Below, piece by piece: positions 8,127 to 16,571 of a DNA stretch of 25,526 nt. The stretch covers positions 1 to 25,526 of the forward strand of contig JBIOIY010000045.1 in NCBI GenBank assembly GCA_044450345.1, written 5' to 3'. The stretch's first letter is position 1; each line of letters starts with the position of its first letter. Source of the DNA: Thermodesulfovibrionales bacterium. Its GTDB lineage: Bacteria > Nitrospirota > Thermodesulfovibrionia > Thermodesulfovibrionales > UBA6898. The notes under the pieces were generated by a model. It worked only from the letters and a program-made list of their open reading frames with translations. It was not told the DNA's origin and did not search any database. The position numbers were made by a program, and so were the translations under genes.

Positions 8127-8149
8127 GTCATCATAAATAGGACACTGTT

Positions 8150-8178
8150 ATTATCGTGCTTTAACTTTTCTGTGTCAA
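8150..8178 (-). promoter_or_regulatory. Sigma70-type promoter of the minus-strand metal-uptake operon
   Basis: Minus strand TTGACA (8178-8173), 17-nt spacer, GATAAT (8155-8150). Confidence 0.65.
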
Positions 8179-8341
8179 TTGAACTTTTTAAGAAAGACGA
8201 CAAGGGTCTGAGCCCTCGTTGCTTTTTTGGGGAAATTACAATCTTGAGTGAGTCTCAAGATTGCTCTTGCGGCCACCTACTATTGTCCATCTGTCACAGG
8301 CCAGTGGCTCCCGATTATGGGATGACTCCGCATTCTGATAT

Positions 8342-8640
8342 TTAATACTCTATTGCCGCTCCAAATCCAAATCCCCAACTTGGGGCAGAGTTACTCAATC
8401 CTTTCTTATATGAAACGTCTATAGTGAGATGTTTCGATATCTCATAGGTAAACCCGAAAAGCGAAATGTTCTGATACCCCAGCGTTGGATCAGGATGCTT
8501 GTTGCCGTCGAATTCGGTAACAAAGTGGAAGGGCTTTGTCATAGCCCAATCCAAAGCAGCACCATAAAAGAAAAAATTTCGGAGGCTACTGTCTTTGCTG
8601 TTAGTGACAATTGTATATCCGAGTTGGGCATGAATCTCCG
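8342..8640 (-). pseudogene. C-terminal fragment of an outer-membrane beta-barrel (phenol-degradation MetA-like transporter family)
   Basis: HAQLGYT...YGAALDW...FVTEF...LTIDVSY..GL...APSWGFGFGAAIEY strand pattern with terminal aromatic residue. No signal peptide or convincing start; about 100 aa; AT-rich. Confidence 0.6.
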
Positions 8641-8664
8641 ACTCATCTAATAATCTTTTCGCGG

Positions 8665-8762
8665 AAGAAAACAAAGTGGGAGACCGGCTGGGGATCGGGG
8701 ATAACCGGCCTCCCTTGGGGATAGACGGCGATTTTTTGGGGATCTTGGAGGGATCGCCGCCC
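8665..8762 (-). ncRNA. Candidate small RNA with two hairpins and repeated AUCCC(C) motifs
   Basis: Extended -10 TGCTAACAT (8777-8769); stem GGGCGGCGAT/ATCGCCGTCT; stem GGGAGGCCGGTT/AGCCGGTCTCCC followed by ACTTTGTTTTCTT. G-U pairs form only on the minus strand. Confidence 0.55.
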
Positions 8763-8903
8763 GGTCTTATGTTAGCATTTCCTCCTTGCCGATTTGCAAC
8801 TCCTTCAGGCTTAAAATGTAGTTATTGCAATTTGACCTGACAGCCGGTGCACACCGAGAAGGTCACACGTCCTCGATGCAACAGAAGTTGTTGATTATCT
8901 GGT

Positions 8904-8942
8904 GAAACAAAGAAGGGATACATTTAGAGCTGTATTCCCTTC
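8904..8942 (-). terminator. Intrinsic terminator after the 8953-9273 gene
   Basis: Minus strand GAAGGGAATACA-loop-TGTATCCCTTC followed by TTTGTTTC. Confidence 0.6.
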
Positions 8943-8952
8943 CTTGTAGCCG

Positions 8953-9273
8953 TTATTTCTTGAGTTTTTTGATTATGTCCCGTTCTTGATCGGCTCTTCC
9001 TGCAAATGTCTGGAGGGCGGTGACTTCCCAGTCTAAAGATCCCCACATAGGAAGCTCTCGAAGCAGTTCATCCAATTCCTTGTTCGAAGATGCTTCCGCT
9101 ATGAACACAAATGCCCTATCTCCCACGGGAAGCCCCCCGGCAAGAATTTTCTTCTTCTTCTCAAGCCCAATGAGTTTATCAAAACTTGGAAGTACTATTT
9201 CCTCAAGAACCCTGACTGCTTCTTCTGGAGAGGCAAACCCAGGTCCTCCAGAACCGATTACTAAGTATTTCAT
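8953..9273 (-). CDS. Muconolactone delta-isomerase-like / dimeric alpha-beta barrel protein
   Basis: KILAGG...G.RAFVFIAEASSNKELDELLRELPMW..LDWEVTAL resembles the MIase/YCII-like fold; GGGGGAG SD. Confidence 0.6.
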   Translation of the reverse strand: MKYLVIGSGGPGFASPEEAVRVLEEIVLPSFDKLIGLEKKKKILAGGLPVGDRAFVFIAEASSNKELDELLRELPMWGSLDWEVTALQTFAGRADQERDIIKKLKK

Positions 9274-9300
9274 TGCTTTTCTCCCCCTCTTGCTTTCTGC

Positions 9301-9609
9301 TCACTCAACTGAGAGATTAGCAAGGTTGCTAACCTCATATATTTCCCTTGTAGGCGCCGCAGTAAAGACGTCACTTAGTTTGGCCACCCATTCTTTATAA
9401 AATCCACTGGCCTCGCTCGCTATTATGTCTGCTTCTGTTTCCCAGAGACCAATCGAAGTGCCCTTGCCTGTGTTTGGATTTGTCAATAACAACCCTCCCT
9501 TGAATCCTTTGTGTTTCTTTGCTCCTGGAATGACAAACTCCTGAAATAAGCGAGTCACTTCATCTCTCCTCCCTGACTTAATCTGGAAAGTTACCACTTT
9601 TGCATGCAT
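9301..9609 (-). CDS. Antibiotic biosynthesis monooxygenase (ABM)-like domain protein
   Basis: MHAKVVTFQIKSG...GFKGGLLL...G.SIGLWETEAD...YEV pattern; GGAGG SD before ATG 9609. Confidence 0.75.
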   Translation of the reverse strand: MHAKVVTFQIKSGRRDEVTRLFQEFVIPGAKKHKGFKGGLLLTNPNTGKGTSIGLWETEADIIASEASGFYKEWVAKLSDVFTAAPTREIYEVSNLANLSVE

Positions 9610-9790
9610 TGCTTTGCCTCCTCTCACTCTTCAAAAATCTTTCCCTCGCCTTTAGTAGCCCATCCAAGACCCGATGTTTTCCGCCTCCCTCACATGAAGT
9701 GTTTGGTTTTGTAACGACAGCAACTTCCTATCTAACTCTTAACATGAAATTATCCGGTTGTCCAGCAGTAGCGCCCCCGGCCTTCGGCCA

Positions 9791-9813
9791 CCCCCTCTTA
9801 AGGTAAGAGGGGG
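9791..9813. repeat. REP-like palindrome CCCCCTCTTA-AGG-TAAGAGGGGG
   Basis: Perfect 10-bp inverted repeat, preceded by a GGCC-TTC-GGCC hairpin. Confidence 0.65.
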
Positions 9814-9903
9814 ATAGGGGGAGTTATGATCCCCAGAGGTGCAAAAGGAGATTTTATGATAGAAACACAACTATTGCTGGAGACGGACGGATGCTCATCA
9901 GCC

Positions 9904-9974
9904 AGGGCAACCACATAGGGATTGCCCCTATACAATGCCGGAAAAAAAGAAGGACGTATGCCATACGCCCCTAC
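9904..9974 (-). repeat. Two GTAG-type REP-like palindromes
   Basis: AGGGCAACC...GATTGCCCCTAT (9904-9931) and AGGACGTATGCCATACGCCCCTAC (9951-9974); related to the element at 23130. Confidence 0.65.
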
Positions 9975-10013
9975 GCACTGATGTTTTCGAAATAGTCCTT
10001 TCCGCCGTCGGCC

Positions 10014-11393
10014 TTATATCCCAAATTCCTCTCCTCTTGCGGGCACGTGGGTCTTGTACTTGAATTTCTCGTTTATCAGTTTTTGGAAATCAAATGAGGC
10101 TTTTTCTTCGCCGTGCACGATAAATATCTCGGGCGAATTTGTGAACTTCGATATCCAGCCTATCAGTTCGGACTGGTCCGCGTGAGCGGAGAACCCGCCA
10201 AGTGTGTGTATCTGTGCCCTGACCACGATATCTTCTCCGAGGACTTCAACCACCTTGGCCCCGTCGACTATCCGCCTTCCCAGGGTCCCCTTTGCCTGGA
10301 AGCCGACGAACACGATGCTGCATTCCCTTCGCCAGAGGTTATGTTTAAGATGGTGACGCACCCTGCCCCCGTCGCACATCCCTGAACCCGCGATGATGAT
10401 CGCCTCCTTATTGATCCTGTTGAGGGCCATGGAATCTTCCGTACTCGTGGTGAAGTGGATTCTCATCGCATCAGTGCTTTCCGTGCTGAAGAGGAGTCTC
10501 GCCTCCTCGTCGAAATATTCCTTATGAGCTTCATAAACCCTCGTAATCCTCTCGCCCAGGGGACTGTCGATATATACATTGATCCTGAACAGCCTGTCTT
10601 CCTTGACGAGCTTGTTTAGGATAAAGAGCAGGTCCTGGGTCCTTCCCAGGGCAAAAGACGGGATTATCACGTTTCCGCCCCTCCTGAAGGTGCTCCTTAT
10701 CACATCGACCAGTTCGTCTATCGATTCCTGCATGCCCTTATGGTTCCTGTTTCCGTAGGTCGACTCGATCGTAAGATAGTCTGTCTCCTCGACAAATACA
10801 GGGTCATCGACTATCGGGTTGTCCTTCCTGCCGATATCTCCTGAAAAGACCATCTTCCTTTCTCCCCCGCTGTCTCGACACCAAAGTTCGAGGGTCGATG
10901 ATCCGAGTATATGCCCAGCGTTGACGAACCTGTATCTGACATTTTCGCTGAGACTCTGGATTCCGCCGTAATGAGTTCTCTGAATAAGAGGGAGCACCTT
11001 GTCGACATCCCGGCTGACATACAAAGGCTCTTTCGGCTCCATTCCCGACCTTAGTGCTTTTCTGTTATACCATTCCGTATCGGACTCCTGAATGTGCGCA
11101 GAATCATACATAATGAGTTCCGCGATATCTGCGGCAGCGGAAGTCGTGATTATCTTCCCTCTGAACCCCTCTTTTACCAGCTTCGGTACCAGGCCGACGT
11201 GGTCCAGGTGAGAATGGGTGAGAAACAGGCAGTCTATATCTGAGGGTGTGAAATCAAACCCCCTTTTATTCACCTCTTCGGCATCGGGTCCCTGATACAT
11301 CCCGCAGTCTATCAGTATCTTCTCTTTCTCACCGACCACATAAAAACACGAACCGGTCACCGTCCTTGCCCCGCCTAAAAACCGTATCTTCAT
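10014..11393 (-). CDS. MBL-fold metallo-hydrolase with beta-CASP/RNA-specificity domain (YSH1/TTHA0252-like ribonuclease)
   Basis: FLGGARTVTGS, LIDCG, THSHLDH, AGHILGS, FSGDIG, ESTYG, GFSAHAD, VHGE. Confidence 0.93.
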   Translation of the reverse strand: MKIRFLGGARTVTGSCFYVVGEKEKILIDCGMYQGPDAEEVNKRGFDFTPSDIDCLFLTHSHLDHVGLVPKLVKEGFRGKIITTSAAADIAELIMYDSAHIQESDTEWYNRKALRSGMEPKEPLYVSRDVDKVLPLIQRTHYGGIQSLSENVRYRFVNAGHILGSSTLELWCRDSGGERKMVFSGDIGRKDNPIVDDPVFVEETDYLTIESTYGNRNHKGMQESIDELVDVIRSTFRRGGNVIIPSFALGRTQDLLFILNKLVKEDRLFRINVYIDSPLGERITRVYEAHKEYFDEEARLLFSTESTDAMRIHFTTSTEDSMALNRINKEAIIIAGSGMCDGGRVRHHLKHNLWRRECSIVFVGFQAKGTLGRRIVDGAKVVEVLGEDIVVRAQIHTLGGFSAHADQSELIGWISKFTNSPEIFIVHGEEKASFDFQKLINEKFKYKTHVPARGEEFGI

Positions 11394-11486
11394 ATCGTCA
11401 CCCCGTCTGTTCTTTTCAGTCCCGCCCGGACCGCGCATCTCATGGCATCAGAGTATTCCTCTTCGCTTATCCTCCTGTCAAGGGGC

Positions 11487-11516
11487 AAAAAAAACCCCGC
11501 CGGTTGACCGGCGGGG
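11487..11516 (-). terminator. Intrinsic terminator of the alginate-export-family gene
   Basis: CCCCGCCGGT/ACCGGCGGGG inverted repeat followed by T8 on the minus strand. Confidence 0.85.
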
Positions 11517-11548
11517 CATGCCTCGATAACTTTCTCTATACTAACGAA

Positions 11549-12961
11549 TTATATCTTATACTGGAGCTGCAACCTGAAGAAGGTGGCGTTGTCGGCGCTG
11601 GAGGAATAATAACTTCCCGGGATAAAGTATTCAAGCTGCGCCATGCCGTCCAGGCTCTTCGAGAACTTGTGACTCAGGATAGCCATTGGGAGATGTCCTC
11701 TTTCCTTTCCCGTCCCGAACATGGCCGTAGTAAGGCCCGAATTCTCCGGCGCCCATAAATACTGATAGGCAAGAAGAAGACTGGTCTGGGGGCTGAAGTT
11801 AAGCGTCAGCGATGCCTTTAGTATTTCCATGTTCGTCCAGTAGCCTGGAATCCCGCCCCCGCCGAAGGCCGCTGTTTCGTTCAGAAGAGGATAGATGATG
11901 AGTTCGTTCCAGTACGGGTTCCTCGAAAAGAGCGGGTCGAACGTTTCATTCTTGTCGGCAGTACCGGTTTTATCTCCCGAGAGATAGACATATCTCAGGT
12001 CGAACTCCGGCTTCAGTCCGACGTTCTCATATTTCCGCCCCACAAAGACGTATCCGCCGTTACCTGTTCTGTCGTGCCACTTACCGCCGGCGTCGTAATC
12101 TCCGAACTGTGTGGCAAACTCGCCGCCGAACTTCCAGCCGCTGTCTAGTGCAACTACCGCCCTTGCGCCCAGCGTATTCAGTTTTAGTTTCGTGGTAGCC
12201 CCGAACGCCCCCTCTGTTTTATAGATATAATAAGGTTCTACAGTTACGTTATCGCTGACCTTGCTTCTTCCATACAGCATAAAGGCCTGCTCACGTGATG
12301 CGGTCATGAGTTTTTTGTTGTCCACAAATAAACCGCCGTCCACGGAAGGATGAATTGAAGGAAGGAACACATCCGTCCTCGGGTCGTCGATATAGACAAA
12401 ATCAACGCTGTTCTTCGGGTTGATCTTCCACCTCAGCTTGGCCGCGTTAAAATAGAACGTCCTTGACCCGTCGGCGGGCGATCCATCCATAAGCAGGAAG
12501 CCCTCGCCATACATATCCGGGCCGAGGAAATCCTGACGTCCGATCCTCACATCCACGGGAAGACCGAACACATCCTTGGCGTCGAAATAGAGGTTGTCAA
12601 TTACTATTTCGTCGGGGTCATATCTGTCGGGATTACTTGGTCTGACGGGCACGTCATTGAAAGCCTTAAAATTGGTAAAAGGCCCGTCAAAATACTTCAT
12701 CTCATTTACAAGCCTGGCATATATTCCGAACTGCGGGCTGAAATCAGCCCTCGCCCATAGCTGCGTCCTGAGCCGGAAGAAGTTTCTGTCGGCCGCACTA
12801 CCGGTATTGGCGGTGTCCAGGGCCACCACATCGTCCCATATTTCCTGCCGGAGCCTGAAGGCCGCACCGTACTTTAAAGTTGTTTCTGCGTGCGCGACAG
12901 AAACGTACAGAATCGTAGCCAAAAAAAGAACGAACATTACTGCAAAAGATCTTTTAAGCAT
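11549..12961 (-). CDS. Alginate export (AlgE-like) family outer-membrane beta-barrel
   Basis: Signal peptide; FRLRQE, FFRLRT, DNLYFD, RIGRQD, YGEGFLL, YLSGD, FDPLF motifs; AAGGAGG SD before ATG 12961. Confidence 0.8.
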   Translation of the reverse strand: MLKRSFAVMFVLFLATILYVSVAHAETTLKYGAAFRLRQEIWDDVVALDTANTGSAADRNFFRLRTQLWARADFSPQFGIYARLVNEMKYFDGPFTNFKAFNDVPVRPSNPDRYDPDEIVIDNLYFDAKDVFGLPVDVRIGRQDFLGPDMYGEGFLLMDGSPADGSRTFYFNAAKLRWKINPKNSVDFVYIDDPRTDVFLPSIHPSVDGGLFVDNKKLMTASREQAFMLYGRSKVSDNVTVEPYYIYKTEGAFGATTKLKLNTLGARAVVALDSGWKFGGEFATQFGDYDAGGKWHDRTGNGGYVFVGRKYENVGLKPEFDLRYVYLSGDKTGTADKNETFDPLFSRNPYWNELIIYPLLNETAAFGGGGIPGYWTNMEILKASLTLNFSPQTSLLLAYQYLWAPENSGLTTAMFGTGKERGHLPMAILSHKFSKSLDGMAQLEYFIPGSYYSSSADNATFFRLQLQYKI

Positions 12962-13083
12962 GCTCTCCTCCTTTTTATTGAATTCCTTATCGAAAAACAT
13001 CCCAGATGTTATCTTCTGGACTTGCTGTAATTACCGACAACATGAGTGCTTGCAGATAATTCCACCCTTTCAGCAAGTGAGAA

Positions 13084-13113
13084 ATAATAAGCGGACAACC
13101 GAGGCCTTGTCAA
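13084..13113 (-). promoter_or_regulatory. Sigma70-type promoter of the alginate-export-family gene
   Basis: Minus strand TTGACA (13113-13108), 18-nt spacer, TATTAT (13089-13084). Confidence 0.6.
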
Positions 13114-13211
13114 GACCCCGTCTTAGTAAGGGGCAGAGTGTTTCATCATTAAACAAAAATCCCGGACCGCGCTTTCCATTCAGTAAGAAAATTACTTATA
13201 ATAGTCCCGCA

Positions 13212-14021
13212 ATGGATTGGATAATCGACTTTCACACACACGCCTTTCCCGAGGAGCTTGCGGAAAGGGCTATCAAGGCCCTTCTCGAAGAAGGGAAGAA
13301 GAAATCCGCTGTGACGGCCCATCTCGACGGCAGGATATCGTCCCTCCTTTCCTCTATGGACAGGAACAACATCGAAAAGAGCGTCGTCTGTCCGATCGCC
13401 ACAAAACCGTCCCAGTTCGAACCGATCTTTGTGTGGTCCAAAAAGATCAAATCCGAAAGGCTGGTCCCCTTTCCTTCCCTTCATCCGGACGACCCCGACG
13501 CACTGGAGAAGGTATCGAGGATAAAAGGCGAAGGCTTCAAGGGAATAAAGTTACATCCTTACTATCAGAACTTCAGCATCGACGAAAAAAGACTGTTTCC
13601 GATCTATAAGAGGATATCGGCTGAGGGTTTGATCGTGCTGATGCATACGGGGTTCGACCTCGCCTTTGAGAGAAAAAGGATTTGTGATCCTGAGAGGATC
13701 ATACGCGTCCTGGAAAATTTTCCTGACTTGAAATTGGTGACCACACATCTCGGGGCATGGGAGGATTGGGACGAGGTCGAGAGGTTGATCATCGGGAAAA
13801 GGATCTATATGGAGATATCATACTCACTCGATATTCTGGGTGCGAAGCGGGCGAGAAAGATGATATTGGCCCATCCTTCTGAGTATCTGCTTTTCGGCAC
13901 GGATTCGCCCTGGACCGGACAGGACAAGACATTGTCTTTGCTGAAAGGACTTGAGCTCGGGCCGGACAGAGAGAAAAAGGCCCTGAGAGAGAATGCGCTC
14001 ACCCTACTCAATTCGGTCTGA
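13212..14021 (+). CDS. Amidohydrolase family protein (amidohydro_2, TIM-barrel metal-dependent hydrolase)
   Basis: IIDFHTH, KGIKLHP, LMHTG, THLG, LFGTDSPW. The longer ORF from 12594 is antisense overlap; start set at MDWII. Confidence 0.88.
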   Translation: MDWIIDFHTHAFPEELAERAIKALLEEGKKKSAVTAHLDGRISSLLSSMDRNNIEKSVVCPIATKPSQFEPIFVWSKKIKSERLVPFPSLHPDDPDALEKVSRIKGEGFKGIKLHPYYQNFSIDEKRLFPIYKRISAEGLIVLMHTGFDLAFERKRICDPERIIRVLENFPDLKLVTTHLGAWEDWDEVERLIIGKRIYMEISYSLDILGAKRARKMILAHPSEYLLFGTDSPWTGQDKTLSLLKGLELGPDREKKALRENALTLLNSV

Positions 14022-14072
14022 TCTAACTGATCATCGCTGCACAGAGTCCTTGCGGGTCCGGGTGAAAAGCTG

Positions 14073-14102
14073 TTGAGGTTCAAAATACCCCGGTGGTATA
14101 AT
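14073..14102 (+). promoter_or_regulatory. Sigma70-type promoter (extended -10) for iorA
   Basis: TTGAGG (14073-14078), TG-G-TATAAT (14094-14102). Confidence 0.65.
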
Positions 14103-14122
14103 AACGGGCTTACATTATTTTT

Positions 14123-15967
14123 ATGAAAAACAAGAAATTACATCAGAGCATTAAAGGGCCTTCCCTGCTCTCCGGCAACGAAGCCCTGGCCCTCGGCGCC
14201 TTCGAGGCAGGGGTCAAGGTGGCGTCTGCCTATCCGGGCACCCCTTCCACGGAGATACTCGAAAACCTCTGCACCTACAAAGGTGTATATACAGAATGGG
14301 CGCCTAACGAAAAGGTTGCGCTCGAAGTCGCCCTCGGGGCCTCTTTCGGCGGGGTCAGGGCACTTGCGACGATGAAGCATGTCGGCCTCAATGTGGCGGC
14401 AGACCCTCTCTTTACCGCCGCCTATACCGGCGTCCGCGGAGGCCTGGTGATAGTGACCGCAGACGACCCTGAGATGCACAGCTCGCAAAACGAGCAGGAC
14501 AACCGCAACTATGCCTATGCGGCAAAGGTCCCGATGCTTGAGCCATCGGACGCCTCAGAGGCAAAGGAGTTCCTCAAGATTGCATACCGCATAAGCGAGG
14601 AATTCGATACCCCCGTGCTCCTGAGAACGACTACACGTGTCGCACACGTCAAGGGCATGGTCACAGCCGGTCCAAAAGAAGGCCCTGCCGCAATAGCCGG
14701 CATAGAGAAGATGCCTGAGAAGTTCGTTATGCTCCCGTCGAACGCAAGGAAGAGAAGGGTTGAACTCGAAAAAAGAGTGGAACGGATCAGGGAATATGCA
14801 GAGACCTTCGATGAAAACAGGATCGAATGGGGAGATAAAAAAAAGGGTTTCATCACCTCGGGGGTCTCATATCTCTATGTAAAAGAGGCTTTTCCCGAAG
14901 CATCCGTCCTGAAACTCGGCATGGTGCATCCCCTGCCGGAAAAGATGATCAAAAAGTTTGCATCGGAGATAGATGAACTCTATATCGTGGAGGAACTCGA
15001 TCCCTTCATTGAACTGCATGTAAAGGCCATGGGGGTCGCCTGCAAAGGAAAAGAAGTCATTCCCCCGATGGGAGAACTGAACCCCTGGATCCTCAGGAGG
15101 GCCATCACCGGAGAAAAAGGCAGGGTAGTATTTGAGCCCGTGCAAATTCCTATGAGGCCGCCCAACCTCTGCCCGGGCTGTCCGCACCGGGGCATATTCT
15201 ACGCAATATCGAAGCTCGGCGTCTTTGTTGCCGGCGATATAGGATGTTACACCCTCGCAGCGCTAAAGCCCCTCTGCGCGATGGACTCCTGCGTATGCAT
15301 GGGAGCGAGCATCGGCACCGCCTTCGGTATGGAGAAAGCGATAGGGAAAGAGAGCCTCGGCAAGATCGTTGCGGTCATCGGCGACTCGACGTTCATGCAT
15401 TCAGGCATAACAGGACTTATCGAGGTCGTCTACAACAGGGGGTTCACCACCGTCGTCATCCTCGACAACCGGACTACAGGCATGACAGGCCACCAGCCGA
15501 ACCCTTCGACAGGGTCCACGCTGTCCGGCGAGATCAGCGCCGCGGTGGATATCGAGGCGCTCTGCAGGGCTATCGGTGTAAAACATGTCCGGACCGTCAA
15601 CCCCCATAATATCGAAGAGACTCAAAAAGTCCTGAAGGAAGAGATCGAACGGCCCGAGCCTTCGGTCATTATTACAAAGGCGCCCTGTGTGCTTCTGCCG
15701 GAGATGAAAAAAAGGAAGGGCATGCAGCTTTACACGATCGTCTCCTCTAAATGCACCGGTTGCAGATCGTGTCTCAAGCTGGGCTGTCCCGCAATCGAGT
15801 GGGTGCCGCTGAAGGCTGAAGAGGCAAAGAAACTCGGATACAAAGAAAAGCAGAAGGGCTATTCAAGGATCGACCCTGTGCTCTGCGACGGCTGCGGACA
15901 ATGTGCCCCGCTTTGCAAGTTCAAGGCGATCGTGGTCACCGGCGAGGACGATGGGAAAAACGGGTAA
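14123..15967 (+). CDS. iorA: Indolepyruvate:ferredoxin oxidoreductase subunit alpha
   Basis: GNEA, YPGTPSTE, NEKVALE, MKHVGLNVAAD, SSQNEQD, CPGCPHR, GDIGCY, IGDSTF.HSG, C-terminal ferredoxin-type Cys motifs. Confidence 0.95.
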   Translation: MKNKKLHQSIKGPSLLSGNEALALGAFEAGVKVASAYPGTPSTEILENLCTYKGVYTEWAPNEKVALEVALGASFGGVRALATMKHVGLNVAADPLFTAAYTGVRGGLVIVTADDPEMHSSQNEQDNRNYAYAAKVPMLEPSDASEAKEFLKIAYRISEEFDTPVLLRTTTRVAHVKGMVTAGPKEGPAAIAGIEKMPEKFVMLPSNARKRRVELEKRVERIREYAETFDENRIEWGDKKKGFITSGVSYLYVKEAFPEASVLKLGMVHPLPEKMIKKFASEIDELYIVEELDPFIELHVKAMGVACKGKEVIPPMGELNPWILRRAITGEKGRVVFEPVQIPMRPPNLCPGCPHRGIFYAISKLGVFVAGDIGCYTLAALKPLCAMDSCVCMGASIGTAFGMEKAIGKESLGKIVAVIGDSTFMHSGITGLIEVVYNRGFTTVVILDNRTTGMTGHQPNPSTGSTLSGEISAAVDIEALCRAIGVKHVRTVNPHNIEETQKVLKEEIERPEPSVIITKAPCVLLPEMKKRKGMQLYTIVSSKCTGCRSCLKLGCPAIEWVPLKAEEAKKLGYKEKQKGYSRIDPVLCDGCGQCAPLCKFKAIVVTGEDDGKNG

Positions 15968-16571
15968 TATCCTCCTTTGCGGGGTCGGCGGCCAGGGAAT
16001 TCTCCTGGCGGGCGAGATCACCTCATCGGCGCTGATCAAGGCGGGGCATGACGTCAAAAAGAGCGAGGTGCACGGCATGGCCCAGAGGGGCGGCTCCGTT
16101 GTCGCACACCTCCGGTACGGCGAAAAGGTATATTCCCCTCTCATCGAACCGGGCTCCGCAGATATCGCAGTGTCTTTCGAACTCCTGGAGTCTCTTCGCT
16201 ACCTTCCCTATTATCACAAAGGCACGAAGGTGATCGTGAATACGCAGAAGATCCTGCCGGCTCCGGTTTCGACCGGCCTTGATACCTACCCGACCGATGT
16301 GCTGGAACAACTGAACGCCAGGGACCTTGCGGTGTTCCCCGTCGACGCGTTTGATATCGCAAAGTCTGTCGGCGAGACAAGGGCGGTCAACATGGTCCTC
16401 GTCGGGGCGTTGTCGGTGTTCCTCCTTGTCGATGAAAAGATATTCCTCGCCGTGATCGAAGAAAGGATCCCGCAAAAGGTCCGGAGGGTGAACCGGGACG
16501 CCTTTCTGAAGGGAAGAGAGATAATTCAGGCCCGGCAGCCTGCAAAAAAAGGAGGTAACGTTCAGCCATGA
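15951..16571 (+). CDS. iorB: Indolepyruvate:ferredoxin oxidoreductase subunit beta
   Basis: [27 protein letters not shown]; overlaps the iorA stop; start set at MGKTG. Confidence 0.95.
   Translation: MGKTGNILLCGVGGQGILLAGEITSSALIKAGHDVKKSEVHGMAQRGGSVVAHLRYGEKVYSPLIEPGSADIAVSFELLESLRYLPYYHKGTKVIVNTQKILPAPVSTGLDTYPTDVLEQLNARDLAVFPVDAFDIAKSVGETRAVNMVLVGALSVFLLVDEKIFLAVIEERIPQKVRRVNRDAFLKGREIIQARQPAKKGGNVQP

Noticed and set aside
8678..8760. CsrB/RsmZ-like GGA-repeat RNA on the plus strand
   Set aside because: The stems contain A-C mismatches on the plus strand but G-U pairs on the minus strand, and the promoter and U-tail are on the minus strand.
8876..8893. ATGCAAC-AGAA-GTTGTTG as a Zur-like box
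   Set aside because: Imperfect symmetry and spacing, and about 700 bp from the metal-operon promoter.
12594..13211. 475-aa version of the amidohydrolase ORF
   Set aside because: The first ~200 codons overlap the antisense porin gene and the divergent promoter region; amidohydrolase motifs start at 13212.
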